This document shows, in pieces, positions 27,438 through 39,100 of a stretch of DNA of 64,000 nt. Position 1 is the stretch's first letter; each line of letters begins with the position of its first letter. This stretch comes from Paraspadella gotoi (Eukaryota > Animalia > Chaetognatha): positions 28,624,696 to 28,688,695 of the forward strand of contig CM119264.1 of NCBI GenBank assembly GCA_051294375.1. Reading direction: 5' to 3'. The notes beneath the pieces were generated by a model. The model ran no database searches, was not told the origin of the DNA, and was given only the letters and a program-made list of their open reading frames with translations. The position numbers were made by a program, and so were the translations under genes.

Positions 27438-27880
27438 TATATCATCAACGATAGTAACCAATTGCAGCAGGCGGCTGCATCCCCCTCTCGCTCCTCCTTC
27501 CAGCGGACGCAGGAGCAGCGGCGAAGCCGCAGGAGCGAAACAAAGGACCTCACCATGAAAAGGAACCTACCCAAAGCTCAATGGCCTCACTAAAAACTAA
27601 CAACCAATGAGGAACTTGTACATGGCCAATTGGCCATGAGCTGAAGGAAGAACCAATAAACAATGAGTGAGGGTTCATAGTGAAGGGATAAATGAATCAC
27701 TGAATTATGCAGAAGTAGAAGTTTGGAGTGAATAGGCATTCTCTCTCACGTCGATCTGAAGATCAGACATATTGTCTTAAACTGTCTTTTATAAACTCTG
27801 TTCTCTACTAAATAAAAGGAACGTTAAAATTACATAGTTCGTTTAATTACTACTTGATTATTCACTTCCGTTCACGATAT
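27438..27880 (+). mobile_element. Possible solo-LTR-like insertion in a (TA)n tract
   Basis: Block bounded by TATC...GATA inside TA repeats, with several CCAAT motifs, a TATAAA-like motif (~27795) and AATAAA (~27810). Termini are not canonical TG..CA; single copy here. Confidence 0.3.
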
Positions 27881-28529
27881 ATAGAGAGAACATTGATGGG
27901 AGTGAACATGTAGCAGATTAATTTGTGAATTATCTGAAATAAGATTGAGTTCCTCAATCTCATTTGCATATTGTCGTATTCTGATTAAGCTTTGATAAAT
28001 TTTTGTTCTATTGCCTTAAAGATTTAATTTTAATATTTTGCATTAGTAAATAATCATGTTTATGGTTCAATTAATAGCTAAATAATTAATGATTTAATTA
28101 TCATAATTGCTAGTTTACTACTTTAATTATTCTTGTGATTATGAAAATTTGCAAATTACTTGTTTCACTATTTTTTATTTTTCTATTTTAATATTTTTAT
28201 GAAGGATTTAGTATTTAATTTATATTATTTATTCAAACATATATTGCTTTCTTTTTTAAATTTTTTTTTTTTTTTTTTTTATCTAATAATTCAATTTGGG
28301 AAGGGGAAGTCAGTGTTGTCTTCTGGAAATAGAGGGAGCATCTATACAACACAAGGTTAGATTACTATCTGTCCTAGTTTTCTATTATTTCTATTATTAT
28401 TATATCCCTATATTAACCGATGTCATGTATTAATTTCATACAGAGATATCCCTCTGTTAAAAGACTTAAAAGACTTAAAGCAAGACTTAACGAATTCGGT
28501 CGATTTACTGTTTTTTTAAAATAAATTAT

Positions 28530-28985
28530 AAACCAATTATAACCCTTACTCTGGCGATAAATCTTTTGACGTTGAAATTCTCTTTCTGCCAAATCACGAA
28601 GATCGTTCCCGCCGACAGAGGTTGCCGAACCTGACATACAGTTCAAAGCTGATTTCATACAATTTTTAAACTAATGACGTACAAATAAAAACATTTCGTA
28701 CCAGACTTGCATTTCAATTCTCCTTGATTCATCTTTGACGCGTTCAACTAGATATATTTAAAATCTACTTGTTTAATTTACCATCAATTTGTTTTCAGCT
28801 TCTTTTTTTTAAGTCTCAATGGAATTCGCTTAGTCGTTCGGCCCGTTGTTCTTGAGATGAAATTAGATAATCTCTATCCTTAATCTTCAAACTAATCCTT
28901 TATCTAATCCCTAACCCTAAATTCTTGCTCGATTCAAAGCTGAGGCGCTTTCAAAAAATATGGCCAAAAAAGGTTTAACTGAAAT
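28530..28985 (-). pseudogene. Possible disrupted 5' exons of the SPEF2-like gene
   Basis: Exon-like block FKNCMKSALN...DLRDLAEREFQRQKIYRQSK|GT ends in phase 1, matching the phase-1 acceptor at 27350. Upstream coiled-coil-like pieces carry in-frame stops (EQRAERLSEFH*DLKKRAENK). Confidence 0.35.
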
Positions 28986-31900
28986 CATGGAACGAAACGA
29001 TTAGAATTTTTTATTCGCGTATTCGACTGCATAACATTTCTTGATCAAGGGTAATAAATGATTGGACTTTTTCCATGCTCTTGAAGATGTCGGTGATGCC
29101 TTCTAGGTTATCACAAGTGGAAGCCTCGTCTTCTCCGTCACTTTGCCACAACTCAAGGGCACAATCCTAAAAGAAAAAAAAAAGAAACCCGCGGATTATA
29201 CACGTAATTTAAGTACTGTATTTCTTTTTAGCAGACATGCGCGAGCAAAGTTATTAAATTCGTCATGGCATGACTCATGCCGCATTTCAATTTTGAAATA
29301 CCTCGGTGTTCTCAAGTTTGTGCAAGGTGAGATAGAGGGAGGAGTCTGTAAATCGAAACTCCGCGCATCGGCGGCTGATTTCTGCTTTCCAGCAGCAGTT
29401 GCGGCAACTAAAACCACGGACCGAATCGGCGGGTGAGTTGCGACACCTACTGCAGCCTCCATGCTGAATGTCGGCGCCGGGGCGCGCGTCAAGCTTTTAC
29501 CGACGATTCTGGGGATTTCTTGGTCGGGGACTCCGCCGTCGCGGACCAACCGCTTGATGGATGGCGCCTGTCGCTGAACAAAGACGAAAGGCGGCAGCAC
29601 GGGTGACCGGGTGGACTGTCTCCCGAACGGAGCCAATTCCCCACCCTTAAGAAGTTTCCCTGCGAGAGTTCGTGAGAAAAATGAATTACGATATCACAGT
29701 GATACATCACACTAATACAATATTTAAAAAAAAAATTACATCCCGTGGATTACATAGTTTGGCTTTTTGTTATCCCCATATCCCCAATATACCTTTTCCG
29801 CCCTTTTTTCTGTTGTACAAAGTCTCCATGAACTTAGAATCAACGTCGATCGGTTCCACGACTTTTTGCTTTTCCAAAGAAACGTAGTTTTCGAGAGAAA
29901 GTCGACATTCCATCGGAAGAGGAAATGGCGCCGCCATTTCTCGAAGCTTGTCCAGATTGCTCGTCGCCTTTGTGAAAATAATAATAGAAATAATAATAAT
30001 AATAATAATAAAAATAATAAAAATAATAATAATAAAAATAATAATAATAATGATACTAATAATAATATTAATAAAATAAGCAATAAGCAATAATAATAGC
30101 ATAATTCATAATTAATTAATTCCATTGACTAATTCTTAAATATTTCTTAACTCGTGAAGGTTGAATTTCTTTACAAAAAGAATTGTTGTAATAACATATT
30201 CTTGAAACTATAATTAGTTTTTCCAATAGTACACAATCTTTTCATCATTTAATGCAGTAATTAAATAATTGATTTCACCCTCAACGTCTTTAATGCAATA
30301 ACGTTGCAGAATCTTGCGTCGGCGCAGTCCCAATGCGGCGGAGGACCGTGACCCCTTCGAAACCGAGAACTTGCGCATCGACACTCCGCGTTCCAGGGAC
30401 CGAATTCCTGGTCATCGAAGGGGGAAGATGTTAATTGGAATTTGATAATATATTTAATGTAGTTGATACATCGTTAATGATACTTGATGTTTTAGTCTTC
30501 TCGCAGTTCGTAAGAGGTCAATGTTGACAGTAAAAGGTCAACAGGAAAAAGTCTCTAGATTTTTATTATCTCACCGGGCATTTTTTTGCGTGAGGAAACG
30601 CGGCGAGTGTGAGCCGTCTGAGGGCCGCGTGCAGAGAGATGTTGCGATGAGGAACGCGAGACAAGAGTAGATTTGATTTCTTGATGACTTTACGTAGGTC
30701 TTATATGTAAAAACGAATTCAAACAATAGAGTACAAAAGTGGAAATTATACGTTGTACAAGTATGGGAAAATAAAAATGCGACCAAATATCTTACGGTTC
30801 CTTTTAAACGAGATTGTGTTCCTAAATCTCATTTACATATTGTAGCAGTTTATATTATTTCTCAAAACTTTGGATACGATTTTGTTATAAGTTTTATTTT
30901 TATAATTTCAAGAATACTTTTATGAAGATTTACAAAATAAAATGTCACAAAAACCTGATAAACTGGAAGGCAGCGTGAGGAATTGACTTCCTGGCGACGG
31001 CATTTGACTTCCGCTCGTCTCAAGAGTCGCGGTTTCGAACCGCGCAAGTGTCGTCGCCGTCGACGGTTTCCAAAGATTAGAATCCGCGCGACTCGATCGA
31101 CGCGTGGTCGTCGGTCCGTGTTTTATCGACAAAGTTGTCCGGCTCTCGGTTCTGACGCGGTTCTCCTCTGACCGACGTTTGGGCGCGTCGGTCGGGCGAT
31201 CGGGCGCGTCTTCCGGCGTCGCGGCGTCATCGCGCCGGTCGTCGTCGTCGCTGGCGTCGCCGTCCGTTTGACGCAGGTAACGTTGGAGTTGTTCGCGGAT
31301 GTCGACCGGAGGCGCTGCAGAGTTCTTGGGGCTTCCGGGCGTTTCTGTTCGGCGAAGCGGTTTGGCGGGAAACGGAGGCTCAGGTTCGGAATCTCCGTAG
31401 GCCACGCAGAGGGCGTCTGGGGAAGAGGGACGGATATGAAGGGGAGGGAGGGGGAGAGAGAGAGAGAGAGAGAGAGAACGATTGTGGGAGAAAAAAATAG
31501 AGAAAGAGAGAGAAAGATAGTGGGAAATAAAAAAAAAGGAAAGAGAACCAAAAAAAGAAAAGTTGTTTATTTGTGGCCGATTTCTGTATAACTTATTTTA
31601 TCTTTGATCAAAAAGTTTACTGTTGTTATGTTATGCATCGTTAGGTTTTACTCATCCTTTTGCTTCTAAACTGGTCATCTCGACTGCTGAAGTATCTGAA
31701 TATTTGATATCCACGACACATCAACTGTCAATCTCTCATTTACTGATTTGGTTATCCACGAAAGTGATTGTAGTTAGCAAATATATTACCCTACTTTGCT
31801 TGGTCGGCTTGGTTTACGGAGAAAACGCGGAAAATGAGCGGAAAGTGGATCAAAGATATATTCGTTCCAACCATCAAAACAAGCGCAATTAGCAAGCACG

Positions 31901-33234
31901 CACCCAGATGGTCGTCGGTGAAGGCCAACAACGTCTTCAACGCATGTTGCTCGTGATACTTTTTCATGTAGCAGTTGGAGTCGCCGATTCTTTGTCCTGA
32001 ATCGTCCGTTTGAGCGGAGCTCGATCCTTCGACGCCCGGAAACGACGTTTGGCGGCGCCACTGTTTCTGAGTCATCGTCATCATTAAACTTCCGGTTCTT
32101 CGTATGGAAACGGTCAAAGGAGTCGCTTCTGAAGGACAACAACAACAACAAGAACGTTTCTCAATTCGCGAGTCAACTTGATTTTTTGAAAATATTTTAT
32201 ACGTTTGACATTTTATGTTTGTAAATTTTTGGTAGTATATATGCCACGAAAACTGGTATATATTTTATATTTAGTAGAAAGCCGAGAAAGTTACTAGTCA
32301 AAGATACCATTCATTAGAAACTACTAAAATACTTTATTTGTAGTAACGGTTATTGATTTGATAACCTTTACTAGGAGTGTCGACGACGATGGAGTTTTCG
32401 TCATTTTCCATTTTATTCCTGACATCGATTTTCTTTTCTTTCTCATTCGACGGATGTTTGTCGCAATTCATCCCTAATGCCACAGAAGTAAAAATCTAAT
32501 TATAATAAATGATAACAATAATTATAATCAACAAGGCATAATTTAACATTCGCCGACTGGGGTTAGGGTGATTTAAAGGTGTTAAATTTCTCGGGTTAGG
32601 GCTGGTCAGAAGGGTTAGAAGGGTTAGAAGGGTTAGAAGGGTTTAGGGTAATTACTAATTATGTAACCTATTTCACTATTTTTTTCAAGTAATAAAATTT
32701 ATATACATTATTAGTCCAAAGAAGCAAAGATCCCAGTCGGCGAAAGTAATGTTTCGCAATTAACAAATATTAAATAATAATGAATAATTTTAAAAATAAA
32801 AAAAAATAGGAAGAAACCTCTGTCCGGCGAAGCGTCATCGTCGATGCTTTCGTCGACGCTCGTCATCGACGCCGAAGAGATTCCGGACGAGGATCTTCTC
32901 TCGGCGCCGGAGAACGTACTCGCCGAGAAAGATTTGGCGGGAGACGCTCCAGCGGCGGAAGCAGCGGCGGCAGTAGCAGCGGAGGCGGCGGATCTCGCGG
33001 ATTGAGAACATCGCGTCGAATCTGAGTTTCGCCTCTGAAGAGAAGTCGACGTGAAGACGTTGCGAGCACTCTTCGACGATCCTTTCGACAACTGAAGCCG
33101 AAAAAAAAAAAGAATCGTAGGCGTGGCAGATTGTTTCATCGATCATCCGAAATCAATAGACTCACCTGGACTTTTTTCGTTTTTACGACGAAACCTTTGA
33201 AAGGGTCACCGTCGCTGGAGAGATCCAAACCCAT
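28985..33234 (-). CDS. Uncharacterised multi-exon protein: low-complexity N-terminus, Cys/His-containing central exon
   Basis: Chain of phase-compatible exons: 33234-33166, 33091-~32813, ~32472-32368, ~32130-31910, ~31417-30957, ~30699-30575, 30407-30279, ~29969-29795, ~29661-29450, ~29167-28985. The 3' end is ambiguous. No family recognised. Confidence 0.55.
32548..32744. mobile_element. Short IR-bounded element with GGGTTAG-rich core (copy 2)
   Basis: 13-bp perfect IR TTCGCCGACTGGG / CCCAGTCGGCGAA around GGGTTAGAA repeats; same TTCGCCGAC terminus as 8073-8250. Confidence 0.55.
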
Positions 33235-33710
33235 AAGACTGAATGAGATTATAGTTTATTTTTTTAGACTAGTTCATTGTTTAATTGATTTTATTTTTAT
33301 TCATTCGTCTCTGGGCATTTTAAGTCTATTTTGTCCTAAATCCCATCGTCCGATATTCGATTCTTGGTCTCTTTTTTTCAGGAAACCCTTTCCCGGATTT
33401 GACGACTCGGTTATTCCGTTTATTTAATACGATTCCATATCATTCCTCTGGTCGTCAACAGATACTTAAAAATATTTAAATTCGGCTGGATCCTCCGTTT
33501 TGATTTATGTTTTATTCAAACTTATTTAAAAACATTAAAATAAATGCGACTATTGGAGAGAATATTAAGTATAAAAAAAATTCAGCCCAATCGAATGGTT
33601 TTTTTTTTCGTTTTTTTTTATGAGGAGACAATAGCGTGTCATGAGTCCTGTGTCCACGGAAAGCCAAATTCTACAATATTTATGTCGGTCAGAGAGAGAG
33701 AGAGAGAGAG

Positions 33711-33758
<48 letters not shown>

Positions 33759-34994
33759 CAAAGGGGCGTCAAAAAAATTCTGCACGAGAGTAATGCGACC
33801 TTATTTGGTGGAAACCAAATCAGTTAGAAATAAAAATGCCAAAATATAATGATTTATGCGCGGATTCTGTTGTTACTGGTAACGATTGTGCTATATTTAT
33901 TACGGATTATGAAACTGGTAAATTGTTTTTTTGATTTAACCCTATATTTAGTATTTAAGTAGTTCTCTCTTCAGCTCTTATGCAACTTCGAAAGTAACCA
34001 CGATAATGAAGTCGGAAAATTGGCTGCAAGAAAAATAAGGATTTTGGTTGTGAGGTCATATAACCTAAGTCTAAGATCCTCGTCACGAAACCGAGAAATG
34101 TACTCGGTTGAAAAATAGGGTTTTTTTCGCTTGAACTTGAAGTTGTAACGTTGAAACAAAAGCTAAATTTGTCAATAAGCTTTAATAGCTTTTCTTACCT
34201 CATGAATTGTCTTAAATTTAAAATTATGTCACTAAGAGAAAACAAAGTTTTTATACGTTAAAATAAATTAAAAAAATTTGATCGTTCAATAGATAATAAT
34301 CTTTTTTCACTCTAGTTTATTTGTTTTTTTTAAATTTTTTTCACTTTGCATTGAAATACAATTTTTAAATTTCTTAATGTTGTTTTTTTCCTTAAATATT
34401 TATTAATAATATTCTTTTCATGCATAATATATATCTAAAGTACTAAGTTCAAAATGAGTTCAAAATGGGCATTATTCTTTAAATGGCCATCACATAAAAG
34501 AGAAGAAAACAGAGGTTTAATCTGATAATTCGAGTGCGTTTAATCCGAAACTGAGTGGTTTATGGAAATTGCGTATTGTGTCAAAAAAAGATGATTGCAT
34601 GATCCGGTTAACTTTTTTTCCCGCCTTCCTCTCTCTCTTGGCTACTTTTTCGTACTCTCCTTTTTGTTCTCTCTCCTACTTAAAAAAAAAAAGAATACAG
34701 AAAATTAGCTTATCAGGTTTATTTGCAAATTTCTTTTTAATTTTAAAGATTTACAGGGNNNNNNNNNNNNNNNNNNNNNNNNNNNNNNNNNNNNNNNNNN
34801 NNNNNNNNNNNNNNNNNNNNNNNNNNNNNNNNNNNNNNNNNNNNNNNNNNNNNNNNNNTAATATTGAACGTTGAGCATTGAGCAACTCATTTGAACATGT
34901 TATAAAGATTTTGAGTTTACAATCACTGGCAATGTCCTTATCACAAGGTTTTAAACTGGCTTAATTAATGCGATAAGGTTTGCTCGAATGTTGC

Positions 34995-35584
34995 AAGGAC
35001 GTGAAACGAGATCATGGCAAAACGAGGAAAGAACATTGGATGAAGTCGCTTCAAGATCATGACATGTTCGAAGCCATAGGTAACGCCTAATTTCTTTGGT
35101 AGATGATAAATATTATTATTTAAGTGCAAATAGTAATGATGATAATCTTTTATTCCTGTATATTTTATATTTTTTGTAAATATTTATATTAGTCTATAAA
35201 GTCATTTCTGGTTTTTATTTTTGTGATATGATTTTATATGTTTTTGATTAGACCTTTCGAATGATAATGGCAATGCTAATAGTAATGATCTACAGCCAAC
35301 ACGAAGGGTCAGGTTGTCCAGTGGAAAGAAAACGACAGACCAAAACCGGGGGGCAACGCAGTGGAGGATGACCTTAGACCCGGTCCCGCCAAGTCGGTGA
35401 GAGAAATTTGTGAACGAAAAATTAGAAAAATTATAAACAATTATAAATTATAAATTATTATACGTATGAACTAAACATATACTTAAGTTATTTACTGTTA
35501 ATGATGTTTTCTCAGCACACTCTCATCGCACAATGCCCAATCTCTGTCACTAAGTGACACTTTTCAAACTGATTCTAAGCCGTG
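34995..35584 (+). CDS. Possible 3' exons of an unidentified plus-strand gene
   Basis: Three phase-compatible blocks: ...RKEHWMKSLQDHDMFEAI G|GTAACG (~35080), TTAG|DLSNDNG...PVPPSR|GTGAG (~35252-35396), CTCAG|...QTDSKP* (~35515-35584). No similarity recognised. Confidence 0.3.
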
Positions 35585-36194
35585 ATCACTGATAACCACT
35601 GACCATGTCATCAGCTTTGCGCCAACAAAGATGGCAGCACTGGGAAAATCGTTCACGGCGCACCGAAGCCTCGTTTCACCAAGCAAAAGAAAGTCGATGA
35701 CGGTAAGAACGAGGGTGACGGGTGACGGATGACGAGGGTCAACAAATTCGCAATACGTTTTAACATGGATATCGCGTTCAGAAAAAATTAATATTTTTCT
35801 GCGAGTATTTTTAGTTTTTCGTTAGCTAAGATGACTTTAAATGTCACGTTTCGTCTGCTTGGGATCGCGTTAAAAATTAACGTAAAGAAAACTACATTAG
35901 AAACTCATACATACATCCCGCGGTTACTCTGTTTCGGGACGCCTTCTTTTCTTTCATTTCGATGCTTTGACAGTCAAGGTAAANNNNNNNNNNAATAAAA
36001 AAGGAGGAAAGGAAGAAGAGAAAGAAATAAAGGAGAAGAGGAAGAAGAAAAAAGGAGAATATATAGAAATAAAGGAAAGGAAGAAGAGAAAGAAATAAAA
36101 GAGAAGAAGAAGAAGAAAAAAGAAGAATATATAAAAATAAAGGAAAGGAAAAAGAGAAAGAAATAAAAGAAACAAAGGAACAATAGACTTAACC

Positions 36195-39100
36195 ATGAAG
36201 GACGATATCCGCGACGACGCCGAAGACGACGACGACGACGACAGTTTCCGACCCGACGGCCACATCGACGCCTGGACATCTCGCGATGCGAACTTCGCCG
36301 TCGACAACACGAATCGATCCGCGCGGAAGACCAAGGGCGACAAATCCGTCCAAGTGGACAAGACTCGGGAAAAGTGGAGAGTGTCGGTGCTACGCGGCAA
36401 CGTACCGCGCCGCGCGCTCGACGAGCTTCTTCTCAAGATCGGCCTCTGGGGCTTCTTCCCCCTCGGCGTCCTTCTTCTCCTCTACTACGCCAACGCCCTC
36501 GCCAAAATGTACATGCCGCTCGCCACCTTCGTCGCCTGGATGCCGCATCATTGCTGCAAAGTCAATGGATCGCTGAGGGTGAGGAAAATGGGTGAGGGNN
36601 NNNNNNNNNNNNNNNNNNNNNNNNNNNNNNNNNNNNNNNNNNNNNNNNNNNNNNNNNNNNNNNNNNNNNNNNNNNNNNNNNNNNNNNNNNNNNNNNNNNN
36701 NNNNNNNNNNNNNNNNNNNNNNNNNNNNNNNNNNNNNNNNNNNNNNNNNNNNNNNNNNNNNNNNNNNNNNNNNNNNNNNNNNNNNNNNNNNNNNNNNNNN
36801 NNNNNNNCCTCCTTTCTTCTTTCATTCCTTCCTTCCTTCCTTTTTTCATTCCTTTCTTCTTTCCTTCTTTCCTTTTTTCATTCCTTCCTTCCTTCCTTCC
36901 TTCCTTCCTTCCTNNNNNNNNNNNNNNNNNNNNNNNNNNNNTCCTTCCTTCCTTCCTTCCTTCTTTCCTTTCTTCTTTCCTTCTCAACAGGAAGCAATAG
37001 ACGCTACGTCGAGTCCATCCCTACTCTCTTGGACCTCCAAACCTCGACCTCACTCGACGGACTCGTTGAGCGGAGGCCACGACTCGGCGACCTGCAAGAA
37101 ATTGGTCCGACANNNNNNNNNNNNNNNNNNNNNNNNNNNNNNNNNNNNNNNNNNNNNNNNNNNNNNNNNNNNNNNNNNNNNNNNNNNNNNNNNNNNNNNN
37201 NNNNNNNNNNNNNNNNNNNNNNNNNNNNNNNNNNNNNNNNNNNNNNNNNNNNNNNNNNNNNNNNNNNNNNNNNNNNNNNNNNNNNNNNNNNNNNNNNNNN
37301 NNNNNNNNNNNNNNNNNNNNNNNNNNNNNNNNNNNNNNNNNNNNNNNNNNNNNNAAAACCTGTTACCCTAATAGTAATACTGTTACAGGTAACATGTAAC
37401 ATGTAACAGGTTCTATGTTTGTTTTCCAAAGAGCGCGCCAAATGTCCTTCAAAATGTGTTTTTGCTTCACCAAAAGAGCATCGAGCCTTTTTATTCACGA
37501 GCCTTTCGAACTTAGGTTGGAATTACGCGACTCAAAAATCCAACTCTCTCTCCGCGGACGAGGATCTCGGCTGCCGCAACGTCCACTACGTGGCGCAGAT
37601 CGCCAACGCCGTCTTCATGGGCGGGTTCGGAGTCGGCGGACTCTTCCACGGTGTACTCGCCGACGCCTACGGGCGAAAGCCGGTCCTCGTGACCTCGACG
37701 TGGTCCTTGGGGATCTACGGATTCGTGACCGGGACGGTTCCCGACGAGGCGAGTCCGGAACGAGACATCCCTGCCCGCATGATGTCGTCTAAGGTGTTAA
37801 TTTATGGCACCTCGTTTTTTGTAGACGGCTTTTATAGGGGTGCGTTTTCTTCACGGGTTTTTCGTGGGCGGAATCAGTCTCGCTTCCTCCACCATGATCT
37901 GCGAGCTTTTTCCTTCGAAGCAGAGAGCTATTCCGCACATGCTGATACAAGTAATTNNNNNNNNNNNNNNNNNNNNNNNNNNNNNNNNNNNNNNNNNNNN
38001 NNNNNNNNNNNNNNNNNNNNNNNNNNNNNNNNNNNNNNNNNNNNNNNNNNNNNNNNNNNNNNNNNNNNNNNNNNNNNNNNNNNNNNNNNNNNNNNNNNNN
38101 NNNNNNNNNNNNNNNNNNNNNNNNNNNNNNNNNNNNNNNNNNNNNNNNNNNNNNNNNNNNNNNNNNNNNNNNNNNNNNNNNNNNNNNNNNNNNNNNNNNN
38201 NNNNNNNNNNNNNNNNNNNNNNNNNNNNNNNNNNNNNNNNNNNNNNNNNNNNNNNNNNNNNNNNNNNNNNNNNNNNNNNNNNNNNNNNNNNNNNNNNNNN
38301 NNNNNNNNNNNNNNNNNNNNNNNNNNNNNNNNNNNNNNNNNNNNNNNNNNNNNNNNNNNNNNNNNNNNNNNNNNNNNNNNNNNNNNNNNNNNNNNNNNNN
38401 NNNNNNNNNNNNNNNNNNNNNNNNNNNNNNNNNNNNNNNNNNNNNNNNNNNNNNNNTATCACCCTCGCCGCGGCCACAGGCGCGCCTGCGAGTATCTCCA
38501 ATCGGTGATTGATTCGCGCGGGATGGAGGCCGACGTCTACGAGGAACTCTACATCAACGCCTCCCGTATGGTCGGTCAGTCGGGCTCCGAGATCGATTTC
38601 AAGCCGCCCGTCGAGGAAACCAACGTCAACGCCGGCAACGACGACGACGACGATGACGACGACGACGACGAGGGCATCGTCGTCGACGGAGACAAAAACA
38701 ACAACAACGACGACGACGGCGAGGACGACGACGACGACGACGATGATGACGACGACGAAAACCGGAACCGAAACGAGCAACCGTATCCTAGCAACGAGAC
38801 GAACGAGTCTTTCCTCAAGCCGAATGGTCGTCGTCCTTCTGCGTCCGAGTGGAGTTTGGAGGCGATCATCGTCGTCGGCGTGCTTTCCACTTTGACGCTT
38901 ATAAACGTGAGTGGGTCGGGTGGGGGGGGGGGAAAGAGGTTGGTTGAAGGGGGGGGAGTTGTATTCACCGCATATAAAATTGGTACAACCAATATATTTT
39001 ATTTATTTATTTATTCTACTTACGTTTAAATGCGTAAAAAAATTTGCTATAGCTATTGGACAATGGACATGGACATTGGACATGGACATTGGACAATGGA

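Noticed and set aside
28815-28830. In-frame TGA in EQRAERLSEFH*DLKK as selenocysteine or readthrough
   Set aside because: No SECIS or readthrough context evident, and neighbouring lesions favour decay or error.
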